Part shown: in pieces, positions 1 to 9,700 of the stretch | Layout: every line of letters begins with the position of its first letter | Position numbering within the stretch: the stretch's first letter is position 1 | Source: an uncultured Lentisphaeria bacterium | Lineage (GTDB): Bacteria; Fidelibacterota; UBA8477; JABMPR01 | Reading direction: 5' to 3' | NCBI GenBank assembly: GCA_964578155.1 | Contig: CAZOBQ010000004.1 | Coordinates: 10,224-42,223 of the forward strand | Length of the DNA: 32,000 bases | Notes under the pieces: model-generated | The model's database searches: none | Seen by the model: only the letters and a program-made list of their open reading frames with translations | Told to the model about the DNA's origin: nothing | Position numbers and translations under genes: made by a program

Positions 1-59
1 CCATGAAGCTGTGGGCTGCAATGCAGGCAATAGACAGTTAGGATGGAAAGACATATATA

Positions 60-1277
60 ATGAATATTAATTTTGATAAAATACTGAAACAGGCTGAAAC
101 TTATAAAGCGGATATTTCAAAGTTTTTGCGTGATATGATTGCTATCCCCAGTGAAAGCTGTGAGGAAGAGTTGGTCATTCTGAGAATCAAAGAGGAAATG
201 GAAAAAGTTGGTTTTGATAAGATCGAAATCGATGAGATGGGTAATATTTATGGCACAATTGGACATGGCTCTCATGTGATTGCCATGGATGCTCATATTG
301 ATACCGTTGGCGTAGGTAATATCGATAACTGGAATGTTGATCCCTACGAAGGGTTTGAGGATGATGAAATCATTATGGGTCGTGGAGCCTCTGATCAAGA
401 AGGCGGCATGGCCAGCATGGTATATGCTGGAAAGATCATTAAGGATCTGAAACTAGAAGATGACTACACTCTGGTTATTACAGGAACGGTTCAAGAAGAG
501 GACTGTGACGGGCTCTGCTGGCAATACATCATGGATAAAAAGAAGATTCAGCCTGAATTTGTAGTAAGTACTGAACCTACCTCTTGCCGCATTTATCGTG
601 GACAGCGTGGTCGAATGGAGATCAAGGTAAGCACTTCAGGAATTAGTGCCCACGGGTCTGCTCCAGAACGGGGAGACAACGCTATTTACAAGATGGCTCC
701 AATTCTACTTGAATTACAAGAATTGAACAATCATCTCGGTGATCATGACTTTCTCGGTAAAGGCTCGCTAACCGTTTCAGAAGTGTTCTACACATCACCC
801 TCACGTTGTGCTGTTGCAGATGGGTGCTCAATCTCCATCGATAGGCGCCTTACCGTTGGAGAAACTGCTGAATCGTCAATCAAGGAGATTCAGGAGCTTC
901 CAGCAGTTAAGGCCGCGGGCGCTTTTGTGGAAATGTATGATTATGAACGACCCAGCTATACTGGTTTCGTGTATCCTACAAAAGCGTACTTCCCTACCTG
1001 GCTCATCGATGAAGATCATATAGCAACAGAATCACTGGTAGATGCTTATAAAGGACTTTTCAAAGAAGATCCCATCGTAGACAAGTGGACATTTTCCACA
1101 AATGGTGTAGCCATCATGGGTCAATATGGTGTTCCCTGTGTTGGTTTTGGACCTGGTGCTGAAGAGGAAGCACATGCACCTAATGAAAAGACCTGGAAGG
1201 ATCACCTTGTGAAAGCGGCTGCTATGTATGCGGCTATACCATTAGCATATTTAACAAGAATTAACAGCACAAGCTAG
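60..1277 (+). CDS. ygeY: YgeY-family M20 metallopeptidase (selenium-metabolism-linked hydrolase family)
   Basis: 405-aa ORF with M20/ArgE-DapE-type metal-ligand motifs ([24 protein letters not shown]). Length and sequence are typical of YgeY, and it lies directly next to a ygeW homologue. Confidence 0.88.
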   Translation: MNINFDKILKQAETYKADISKFLRDMIAIPSESCEEELVILRIKEEMEKVGFDKIEIDEMGNIYGTIGHGSHVIAMDAHIDTVGVGNIDNWNVDPYEGFEDDEIIMGRGASDQEGGMASMVYAGKIIKDLKLEDDYTLVITGTVQEEDCDGLCWQYIMDKKKIQPEFVVSTEPTSCRIYRGQRGRMEIKVSTSGISAHGSAPERGDNAIYKMAPILLELQELNNHLGDHDFLGKGSLTVSEVFYTSPSRCAVADGCSISIDRRLTVGETAESSIKEIQELPAVKAAGAFVEMYDYERPSYTGFVYPTKAYFPTWLIDEDHIATESLVDAYKGLFKEDPIVDKWTFSTNGVAIMGQYGVPCVGFGPGAEEEAHAPNEKTWKDHLVKAAAMYAAIPLAYLTRINSTS

Positions 1278-1278
1278 G

Positions 1279-1302
1279 CGGGGATTCAAATCCCCGTCTC
1301 GC
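1279..1302. repeat. tRNA T-arm-like hairpin CGGGGAT-TCAA-ATCCCCG plus GTCTCGC tail; a second copy lies at 19583-19606
   Basis: A 7-bp perfect stem lies 2 nt after the ygeY stop. It matches 19583-19606 at 21 of 24 positions in the same orientation, including the non-palindromic tail. There is no U-tract and no complete tRNA. Confidence 0.5.
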
Positions 1303-1329
1303 TGTGCATTTGCAATATATTGGAGAAAA

Positions 1330-2487
1330 ATGAACACACTTATTGATAAGATAAAAAGTCTAAACCTGGGGAACTATGGTCACGATTTTCTACTAACCTG
1401 GGATAAATCCCCAGATGAAGTAGAAGCGACCCTGCTCCTAGCCGAATTACTAAGGGAGAGACACCGCCTCGGCAAACCAAACCTGGTTTTTGATTCCGGT
1501 TTAGCGGTTTCCATCTTCCGTGACAATTCTACCAGAACTCGTTTCAGTTTTGCATCGGCAGCCAATGCTCTCGGGCTAGCTGTATCTGATATGGATGAAG
1601 AAAAATCACAGGTTTCCCATGGTGAGACGGTCCGAGAAACGGCTAACATGATCTCCTTTATGACCAGAGCCATTGGTATCCGAGATGATATGTATCTTGG
1701 TGAAGGTCACACCTACATGAAAGAGGTGTCAGAAGCTGTCCAAACCGGATTTGAAGAAGGCGTTCTCCACAATCGCCCTGGTTTAGTCAATCTTCAGTGT
1801 GATATTGACCATCCGACACAGAGCATGTCTGACCTGGCGATGCTCAAAAACCATTTCGGCTCATTGGATGCCCTTAAGGGTAAAAAGATCACTATGTCAT
1901 GGGCTTATTCACCCAGCTACGGTAAACCTCTGTCAGTACCCCAGGGGATTATTGGTTTGCTCACACGCTACGGTATGGATGTTACGCTTGCCCACCCCGA
2001 AGGTTATAATCTGATCACAGACGTCGTTGATCTGGCCGGCAAACAGGCCCAGGCTTCAGGTGGCTCTTTCAATATTGTAAATGATATGGATGAAGCATTT
2101 AAAGGTGCTGATATTGTCTATCCTAAATCATGGGCTCCTTATCATGTCATGGAAGAACGTACCGCTCTATTAAAGCAAAGTGATAAAGCCGGCTTGCAAG
2201 CTCTTGAGCAAAGTTGTCTGGCCAATAATGCAAAATTCACAGACTGGGAATGCACTGAAGACAAAATGAAATTGACTAAAAATGGTGAAGCACTCTATAT
2301 GCATTGTTTACCTGCTGACATCACTGGTGTGAGCTGTGAACAAGGTGAGGTCAGTGCTTCTGTCTTTGATAAATATCGACGGGACACCTACATGGAGGCT
2401 AGTTATAAACCATTTATTATTGCTGCCATGATGTATCTCACCAGCCTTAAAGACCCCATGTCAGCCCTCAGTAAACTACAGGATTAA
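1330..2487 (+). CDS. ygeW: YgeW-type (knotted) carbamoyltransferase
   Basis: 385-aa ORF with the carbamoyl-phosphate motif STRTRFSF plus HPTQ and HCLP motifs of the ATCase/OTCase superfamily. GGAG Shine-Dalgarno lies upstream, and the gene is in ygeY/ygfK context. Confidence 0.88.
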   Translation: MNTLIDKIKSLNLGNYGHDFLLTWDKSPDEVEATLLLAELLRERHRLGKPNLVFDSGLAVSIFRDNSTRTRFSFASAANALGLAVSDMDEEKSQVSHGETVRETANMISFMTRAIGIRDDMYLGEGHTYMKEVSEAVQTGFEEGVLHNRPGLVNLQCDIDHPTQSMSDLAMLKNHFGSLDALKGKKITMSWAYSPSYGKPLSVPQGIIGLLTRYGMDVTLAHPEGYNLITDVVDLAGKQAQASGGSFNIVNDMDEAFKGADIVYPKSWAPYHVMEERTALLKQSDKAGLQALEQSCLANNAKFTDWECTEDKMKLTKNGEALYMHCLPADITGVSCEQGEVSASVFDKYRRDTYMEASYKPFIIAAMMYLTSLKDPMSALSKLQD

Positions 2488-2503
2488 TAATGTCTAACTT
2501 TTC

Positions 2504-2583
2504 ACAACGAAGAAAACGAACAGCACGAACTTTCCGCTTTTTACATAATAAAAAGCATTCGTTTCTTTCGTCTGGTTCGTTGT
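2504..2583. other. Long imperfect stem-loop built from CGAA/TTCG repeats (possible attenuator, terminator or REP-like element)
   Basis: ACAACGAA (2504-2511) pairs with TTCGTTGT (2576-2583). Inner GAAAACGAA/TTCGTTTC pairing has one bulge. The apical hairpin is GCTTTTTA-CATAA-TAAAAAGC (2536-2556). Alternative register pairings are possible. Confidence 0.4.
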
Positions 2584-2627
2584 AAAAGAAATGAACGATT
2601 ACATTAACACGAGAAAGAAATAACTTT

Positions 2628-4091
2628 ATGAATACCGACCAAGTCTTAAAGAACACCATCCAGCGCTGCAAAGAGCAGAATATTATCCTACCTACCTATA
2701 AACAGATGGCGAATCCTGAGCTGATTCCAGAAGGAATCAAAGCCGAGCTATCCCAGATTGGACTCTGGGACCTGAACCCTAGGAACCTTTTTCGCCTCAC
2801 TTGGCAAAATGAGCCTGTCAAAACAGGTGGTGGTTTTGGTGATGTGAATTATTTGGAGTTACCCACTGAATTGACCGGAACGAAAGCCAGAGTGATTGTA
2901 CTTATTGGTAAATATTTTCCCACAGGTGCTCATAAAGTCGGTGCAACATTTGGTCCTTTGGTAGAAAAACTGATCTCAGGTCATTTCGATCCCACACACC
3001 AGAAGGCTCTCTGGCCATCAACGGGTAATTACTGTCGTGGCGGAGCTTATGACGCCTACCTACTGGGCTGTCCATCTATAGCTGTTCTCCCAGAGGAGAT
3101 GTCTAAGGAACGCTATGACTGGCTCGAGAAAGTTGGCTCAGAGATTATTCGCACATCGGGTGGCGAAGCCAATGTCAAAGAGATTTATGATGAAGTAAGG
3201 CGGCTTAAGGCCGAGCGTGGTGATGATATCGTGGTCCTGAATCAATTTGATGAAATTGGGAATCCCTTGTGGCATTATGCAGTCACTGGAAGCGCTATGG
3301 AAAAAGTATTCAATAACATGAACACAGGCACTCAGCGTTTTAGTGGTCTATTCCTTACTCAGGGATCGGCAGGCACTTTGGGTTCTGCCGATTACCTGCG
3401 AGCAAAATTCCCCTCGCTAAAAGTTGCTGCTGGAGAGGCTTTACAAGTTCCAACATTGCTACAGAATGGCTATGGTGCACACAGAATCGAAGGTATTGGT
3501 GATAAACATGTGCCTTGGATCCATAACATGAAGAATATGGATATGGTCATTGGTGTTGACGACAATATTTCCATGAATTTAATTCGACTCTTTAACGAAT
3601 CTTCTGGCCATGACCTTCTCAAAACGAAGGGCATTGATCCTGATCTTATTTCAAAATTGAATTATATGGGTATCTCCAGTATTGCCAATATTGCCGGTGC
3701 CATTAAGATGGCAAAGTATTATGAGTATAATGAAAATGATGTGGTCTTTACAGTCGCTACAGATTCAATGGAGATGTATCAGTCACGATTGGCCGAACTC
3801 CAGGATGAACATGGCGATTATACAGAGATCCAGGCCAATGTGGATTTTGAACATTTTCTGAAGGGAATCAACGACGAGGGTGTTTTAGAGCTCACATACC
3901 GTGATAAAAAACGGATGCATAACCTGAAATACTTCACCTGGGTCGAACAACAAGGAAAGTCAGTAGAAGAACTTGACGCTCAGTGGTATGATGACACTTA
4001 CTGGACTTCCAGATTTGATCTAGTAGATGACTGGGACGCTAAGATCGAAGCTTTTAATGCTGAAACAGGAATGCTCAAAAAATATGTCTAA
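2628..4091 (+). CDS. Fold-type-II PLP-dependent enzyme (Trp-synthase-beta/cysteine-synthase superfamily), specific function unknown
   Basis: 487-aa ORF. FPTGAHKVGA resembles the PLP-lysine motif of TrpB-like enzymes, and a Gly-rich phosphate-binding loop (TQGSAGTLGS) is present. The ORF is long and uninterrupted with coherent coding. Confidence 0.75.
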   Translation: MNTDQVLKNTIQRCKEQNIILPTYKQMANPELIPEGIKAELSQIGLWDLNPRNLFRLTWQNEPVKTGGGFGDVNYLELPTELTGTKARVIVLIGKYFPTGAHKVGATFGPLVEKLISGHFDPTHQKALWPSTGNYCRGGAYDAYLLGCPSIAVLPEEMSKERYDWLEKVGSEIIRTSGGEANVKEIYDEVRRLKAERGDDIVVLNQFDEIGNPLWHYAVTGSAMEKVFNNMNTGTQRFSGLFLTQGSAGTLGSADYLRAKFPSLKVAAGEALQVPTLLQNGYGAHRIEGIGDKHVPWIHNMKNMDMVIGVDDNISMNLIRLFNESSGHDLLKTKGIDPDLISKLNYMGISSIANIAGAIKMAKYYEYNENDVVFTVATDSMEMYQSRLAELQDEHGDYTEIQANVDFEHFLKGINDEGVLELTYRDKKRMHNLKYFTWVEQQGKSVEELDAQWYDDTYWTSRFDLVDDWDAKIEAFNAETGMLKKYV

Positions 4092-4117
4092 GTTCTATAA
4101 CCACACAAATTTGGCAA

Positions 4118-4206
4118 GTCTTTGCGAGGAGTGAAATGACGAAGCAATCTCACATTAGAGATCGCCGCGCTGCGCAAACATTTCATGTTTGCTTACTCGC
4201 GAAGAC
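4118..4206. repeat. 89-bp structured repeat element with terminal inverted repeats GTCTTTGCGAG / CTCGCGAAGAC (copy A)
   Basis: The termini pair over 11 bp with one G-U. Inner stems are TGAAATG/CATTTCA and ATCTC/GAGAT. It shares the blocks GTCTTTGCGAGGAG, GACGAAGCAATCTC, GATCGCCGCG and ACTCGCGAAGAC with the reverse complement of 31580-31679. Confidence 0.75.
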
Positions 4207-4241
4207 GATGTTTTACAATCTTCCACGGGAAGGGAATCGCC

Positions 4242-5474
4242 GTGAAACCTAATGCTATAAAAGGGCTAAAATGTCATCACTGCGATACAATGGTGTCTGC
4301 AGACCCTTTTCACTATACCTGCCCAGAGTGTGGTAGGAATCTTGATTATACCTATGATTATGATCAGATTCAAAATTCATGGTCAAAAACAGATCTTCAG
4401 CTGAACCACGATCTATCCATTTGGCGATATTTACCACTATTGCCTGTTATGAAGGCACCTGAAAACACATCATTAAGAGTTGGTGGAACACCGCTGGTAG
4501 ATTATCCTGAAACTGCCAAAGAACATACTTTGATGTCCTTCCAGATTAAAGATGACAGCCGGAATCCCTCAGGTTCGTTAAAAGACCGGGCCAGTGAACT
4601 GGGCATACAGCACGCACGCGAATTAGGGAAGTCAACATTAGTTGGAGCGTCAACAGGAAACGCTGGTTCTTCCTTGGCTGCATTATCGGCTCATCATGGG
4701 ATGGAGAGCATCATCTTTGCTCCAGCATCTGCTCCTGAGGCGAAACTGACTCAGATCCGCCAACATGGTGCCAGGCTTGTACCTGTTGAGGCAAATTATG
4801 ATCGCGCATTTGACCTCGCCTTCGAATGGGCTGAAAAACACAATCACTATTCTCGAAATACGGGCATTAACCCTATCCTGGCAGAAGGTAAGAAAACCGT
4901 GGCACTGGAAATCGCCGAGCAAAACAATTGGCATGCACCGGATCATGTGTTTGTGCCTGTGGGCGATGGGTGTATCATTTCTGGTGTCTACAAAGGATTT
5001 TTTGATCTCCTCTCTATGGGATGGATCAACAAGATGCCTCGAATACATGCAGTTCAAGCTGAAGGGTCTGCTGCCATCGTTAATAGCCTTAGCATCAGTG
5101 GAGATATTACTAAAGTTGAGGCAAATACCATTGCTGATAGCATTAGCGTTGATCTTCCTCGTGATGGTGACAAAGCTCGACGAGCTATTCTGGGTAGCAA
5201 TGGTCTTGGTATTAAAGTCAGTGATGAGCAAATACTGGAAGCTCAATATGATTTGTCGAGATCAATGGGCATCTTTGCTGAGCCTGCAGCTGCCACAGCA
5301 TTTGCTGGTTTTCTTAGTGCATCCTCAGAACACTTATTTAATGCCGAGGAGCATGTCGTCGTTCTAATTACGGGAACCGGTTTAAAGGATATTCCATCTG
5401 CCCAAAAAACTTTGGGGAAAATTAAACCAATAGCTGCAAACATGAGCGAAATTGAAACCTTTTTAAAGAAATAA
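4242..5474 (+). CDS. Threonine-synthase-like PLP enzyme with N-terminal Cys4 zinc ribbon
   Basis: CHHC...CPEC ribbon, PLP-lysine motif NPSGSLKDRAS and STGNAG loop. The ORF track starts at ATG 4185, but that ATG lies inside repeat A. In-frame GTG 4242 is preceded by GGGAAGGGA and is the more likely start. Confidence 0.8.
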   Translation: MKPNAIKGLKCHHCDTMVSADPFHYTCPECGRNLDYTYDYDQIQNSWSKTDLQLNHDLSIWRYLPLLPVMKAPENTSLRVGGTPLVDYPETAKEHTLMSFQIKDDSRNPSGSLKDRASELGIQHARELGKSTLVGASTGNAGSSLAALSAHHGMESIIFAPASAPEAKLTQIRQHGARLVPVEANYDRAFDLAFEWAEKHNHYSRNTGINPILAEGKKTVALEIAEQNNWHAPDHVFVPVGDGCIISGVYKGFFDLLSMGWINKMPRIHAVQAEGSAAIVNSLSISGDITKVEANTIADSISVDLPRDGDKARRAILGSNGLGIKVSDEQILEAQYDLSRSMGIFAEPAAATAFAGFLSASSEHLFNAEEHVVVLITGTGLKDIPSAQKTLGKIKPIAANMSEIETFLKK

Positions 5475-5476
5475 TT

Positions 5477-5962
5477 ATGCTGAACCATGATAAACCACAC
5501 GCTTTTAAACTCTCGTTAACTATCAATGGTCATTTGGTAGAACGTGAGATTCCCACACACCTCCGCTTGATTGATTTACTAAGAGATGATCTGCGGTTAA
5601 CTGGCACAAAAGAGGTTTGTGGTGAGGGTGAGTGTGGCGCCTGTACTGTCATTCTAGATGGACAAACGGTTAATTCTTGCCTGATCCTCGCCGTTGAAAC
5701 TCATGGTCGCAACATTACTACCATTGAAGGGCTGGCTGATATTGGCGACTTAACCCAGCTCCAGAAATCATTTGAAGATCAACACGCCGTACAGTGCGGC
5801 TACTGTATTCCAGGCATGGTACTCACTGGTGACAAACTGCTGGAGCGTAATCCACATCCATCCAGAGACGAGGTGAAATACGAACTCTCAGGCAATATCT
5901 GTCGTTGTACTGGCTATCATAAGATCGTGGATGCCATTGAATCCGCTGGAGATGGTAATTGA
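5477..5962 (+). CDS. [2Fe-2S]-binding small subunit of the xanthine dehydrogenase / CO dehydrogenase family (copy 1)
   Basis: 161 aa with CGEGECGACTV, QCGYCIPGM and CRCTGY cysteine motifs. It starts 2 nt after the upstream stop. Confidence 0.9.
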   Translation: MLNHDKPHAFKLSLTINGHLVEREIPTHLRLIDLLRDDLRLTGTKEVCGEGECGACTVILDGQTVNSCLILAVETHGRNITTIEGLADIGDLTQLQKSFEDQHAVQCGYCIPGMVLTGDKLLERNPHPSRDEVKYELSGNICRCTGYHKIVDAIESAGDGN

Positions 5963-6756
5963 AATACTACGCCCCAACTTCTGTGAAGGCATATTTTGAA
6001 CTACAATCTAAGCTGGATAGTTCAAGCGCGGTCGTGCTAGCAGGTGGCACAGACTTAATGCCACGCTTTGAAAGAGATCTACCATTACCTGATCATCTAA
6101 TTGATCTAAAAAAACTATCAGAATTAAGTTCCATCGTTGTCAGTGATGAGCAGATTGAAATTGGAGCCCTGGCTACGATTCAGGGATTACACGACCACTC
6201 AATCATCCAGGATGAGTTTGTGGCAATCTATGAGGCAGCCCATGAATTCGCTGGAGCTCAAATTCGTCACAGGGGAACCATTGGCGGGAATATCTGCAAC
6301 GCCTCGCCAGCAGGGGATCTCCTACCCCCGTTGTATGCTTTTGGTGCTGTACTTACTTTAGCAGGACCCTCTGGAAAACGACAGTTACCGATCCATGAAT
6401 TTATTCTCGGCCCTGGTAAAACCGTTCTCATGGATTCAGAGTTACTAGTATCAATCACACTGGAACGGAAGCAGCTTCAGTCTCAGTTTCAAAAAGTAGG
6501 ATTAAGACAATCCATGGCTATCTCGGTGGTTAGCCTGGCTTTTGTCTGGGGTGAAAACATGCAGAATCTGACCATTGCCATTGGTGCCGCGGCACCTACG
6601 GTTGTGACTCTGGATTCAATCAACCCAGCCCGGCTTTCAAATCAAATAGACTTGATTGATATTGCGATTGCACCCATTGATGATATTCGTGCGACTGCTA
6701 AGTATAGAATAAGAGTGATCAAGAACTTGATCCTAGAATTTCTGAGGCAGCACTGA
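5959..6756 (+). CDS. FAD-binding medium subunit of the molybdopterin dehydrogenase family (CoxM/XdhB-like, copy 1)
   Basis: 265 aa with LAGGTDLMPR and GTIGGNICNASPAGD motifs. An apparent TTG start overlaps the upstream stop by 4 nt. Confidence 0.85.
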   Translation: MKYYAPTSVKAYFELQSKLDSSSAVVLAGGTDLMPRFERDLPLPDHLIDLKKLSELSSIVVSDEQIEIGALATIQGLHDHSIIQDEFVAIYEAAHEFAGAQIRHRGTIGGNICNASPAGDLLPPLYAFGAVLTLAGPSGKRQLPIHEFILGPGKTVLMDSELLVSITLERKQLQSQFQKVGLRQSMAISVVSLAFVWGENMQNLTIAIGAAAPTVVTLDSINPARLSNQIDLIDIAIAPIDDIRATAKYRIRVIKNLILEFLRQH

Positions 6757-6757
6757 C

Positions 6758-9700
6758 ATGAGTGATAAACTATATCCTGTTTCCATTCAACACCTGATCA
6801 AATGGATGATGGCAGAGCTAAAAATAGATCATCTCTTTGGTATGCATAAAGACCTGTTCTTCACTCCAAAGAACTCAGACCCATTCCGGATGAATCGCTA
6901 TGGGCAAATGCTGGAAACTCCAGTTGGTGTAGCGGCTGGTCCTCATACGCAACTTTCCCAAAATATTATTGCTGCCTGGCTCTGCGGTGCCCGGTACATG
7001 GAATTAAAAACGGTTCAGACCCTTGACGAGCTAGAAGTCAGCAAGCCCTGTATCGATATGCAGGATGAGGGCTATAATTGTGAATGGTCACAAGAACTCA
7101 AACTTGAGCAATCTTTAGATGAATATCTAAACGCCTGGATCGCCATCTACATTCTCAGAGATCATTTTGGTTGGAGTTCAGATCAGGGGCCTGGTGTTAT
7201 TTTCAACATGAGTGTTGGGTATGATCTGGCGGGAATCATGAAACCCAACGTCCAACATTTCATGGATCGCATGGAAAACAGCCAGGAATTACTTGACCAC
7301 AAGCTTGAACTCCTGGAACCCATATATCCCAATATTATGAATCTGTCAATACCAGCTCGAATGACTGATAGCATCACCCTGTCAACCATGCATGGATGTC
7401 CCCCGGACGAGATCGAGCGTATTGCAACCTATCTCATCACTGAGCGAAAACTTCACACAGCAGTCAAGTTGAACCCGACCCTATTAGGACCAGAACAATT
7501 AAGGCAAATTCTGAATCATGATCTAGGGTATGATTCTGTTCATGTACCAGAAGCTGCATTTGACCACGACCTTAAATATCCTGATGCTCTAAATCTGATC
7601 AATAACCTTCAGTCACATGCAGATGAAACAGGTGTGGAATTTGGTCTCAAGCTGACCAATACTTTAGAGGTTGAGAATCATCGTCCGATCTTTCCTGAAA
7701 AAGAGAGTATGATGTACCTCAGCGGGAGAGCACTCCACCCTATCAGCATCAACCTTGCAGCGAAACTTCAGAATGAATTCAAGGGCAAGTTGGATGTCTC
7801 CTTCTCAGCTGGTGTGGATGCCATTAACGTTGCTGACACTTTGGCGTGCAATCTGCGCCCTGTCACCACATGCACTGATGTTCTTAAACCAGGTGGCTAT
7901 ACTCGGCTGGGCCAATATTTAAGTAATCTTTCAACTGCCATGCAAGCTGTGGAGGCGAATAACCTTAATGAATTGATTTTGACCAAAGCTGGTGCTGAAA
8001 AAGATGTATCGCAGGCAGGATTAGACAATTTGACCCAATATGCTGAGCAGGTTATTCACAATACTCACTATCATAAACATAGTCACCATTTTGACTCTAT
8101 TAAGACCAAACGACCGCTCAATGCATTTGATTGCATATCAGCACCTTGTATTGATGCCTGTGCAACGGACCAAAATATTCCTGAATACCTTTATCAGACC
8201 TCACAGGGAAACTTTGATCTGGCTTTCAAAGCTATTCAGGACACCAACCCCCTACCTGGTGTCACGGGTAACGTTTGTGATCATCTCTGCCAGTTAAAGT
8301 GTACCCGAAATAATTATGATTCACCTTTGTTGATCCGAGAGATCAAGCGCTTTGTTACCGAACACGAGATCGCCAAGCCAAACACTTTGGAGTTGAACTC
8401 TCTTGATCTACGGGTTGCCGTCATTGGTGCTGGCCCTGCAGGACTCTCCTGCGCCTATTTCCTGGCAAAAGCAGGTGTTGCCGTAGAGGTCTTTGAAAGC
8501 AAACCCTTTGTCGGGGGCATGGTATCAGATGCCATACCAGAATTTCGACTACTAAATGAAACCATAGATCTGGATATCTCGGTCTTGCATGACTTGGGGG
8601 TTCACTTTCATTTTGATCACCCTATCAATAAGGACCAATTCCAGCATCTACAGAAGTCTCATGAGTTCATTTTTATCGGTGTGGGCGCCCAGAGTGCTCT
8701 TAAGCTTGGAATCGATGGTGAAAATTTACCTGGGGTTTTGGATCCACTTGATTTTCTCTCAGAAGTTCGCAGGGGAGCCAAACCGGATCTGGGTAAAAAT
8801 GTGGCCATCATTGGCGGTGGAAATACTGCCATGGATGCTGCCCGCACGGCGCTTCGATTGTCAGAAGGAACTGGTAATATCAGTATCGTTTATCGCCGGA
8901 CTCAATCTGAGATGCCAGCAGATATTGACGAGATCGAAGCTGCGCTGGCTGAAGGCATCACCTTTCATGAGCTCGTAGCACCCCTGTCTTTTAGTGGAAC
9001 TGATCATATCACGCATATCCAATGCCAGAAAATGGACTTGGGTGAGCCTGACGCCAGCGGTCGCCGCCGCCCGGTTCCCATTGCCGGTGAAACCTTTGAA
9101 TTTCAAATGGATACTGTGATTCCAGCCATTGGTCAATCCATTAGTGTAGATTTCTTAGATGATGATGGACTAAAAGTCGATCCAGAGACTTGTGCAACGT
9201 CTATGGCTAAAGTCTATGCCGGCGGCGATGCCGTGCGGGGTGCCTCCAGTGTGATCAATGCTATTGGAGATGGCCAGATAGCAGCTAAACATATCCTATC
9301 ACATGTTAATTACCCAATCCCCACTATCGACCAGGAACCACGGGTAATCACCATCACTGATTTAAAGAAAAAAGCCGCACTCCGTGAATATGGGGTTGAA
9401 ATGCCTCCTGCTTTAAAAGATCTTTCTTCAGCTTTCCCACTGGTTCACCGGTCCCTCTCAAAAGAAGAAGCTATTGAGGAGGCAAGCCGCTGTCTACTCT
9501 GTGATGATTATTGCAGCGTTTGTGTCGGCGTTTGCCCCAACCTGGCAAACCTCACCTATACCGCCAAAGCCGTGACAATTCCAGTCCAGGAAGCTTCATA
9601 TATTGAAGGAAAATTAACGGTAAAAGACCTAAGTGTCTTTACAGTCAAACAGGAACCCCAGATATTGAACGTGGGTGATTTCTGTAATGAATGTGGTAAC

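Noticed and set aside
117-398. Antisense and alternative-frame ORFs of 60-142 aa throughout the track (for example 117-398, 1380-1673, 11526-11933, 14994-15293, 26581-27009, 29891-30154).
   Set aside because: All are embedded in confidently assigned genes on the other strand or frame, have low-complexity or odd composition, and lack start-site signals.
1279-1302. An intact tRNA or tmRNA gene at either T-arm-like hairpin.
   Set aside because: The T-loop is non-canonical (6- or 8-nt loop depending on register). There is no complementary 5' acceptor strand, no D-arm and no CCA context.
2488-2627. A purine or Moco riboswitch upstream of the purine-cluster genes.
   Set aside because: The spacers here and at 4092-4241 and 10572-10707 do not resemble the three-way-junction purine aptamer or the Moco motif as I recall them. 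They are explained by hairpin and repeat elements. Only a covariance-model scan would be decisive.
2468-2671. A 67-aa minus-strand ORF spanning the ygeW / PLP-gene spacer.
   Set aside because: It overlaps both neighbouring genes' ends and translates the CGAA-repeat hairpin, so it is an artefact of the repeat.
4185-4241. The upstream ATG start for the ThrC-like gene.
   Set aside because: The ATG lies inside repeat element A (4118-4206) and the added residues (MFAYSRRRCFTIFHGKGIA) are not ThrC-like. GTG 4242 has a purine-rich Shine-Dalgarno. The longer start cannot be fully excluded.
4683-5367. Two long alternative-frame ORFs inside the ThrC-like gene (187 aa on the minus strand, 200 aa on the plus strand).
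   Set aside because: They have no recognisable motifs and are fully nested in a gene with clear family signatures. They are most likely chance open frames.
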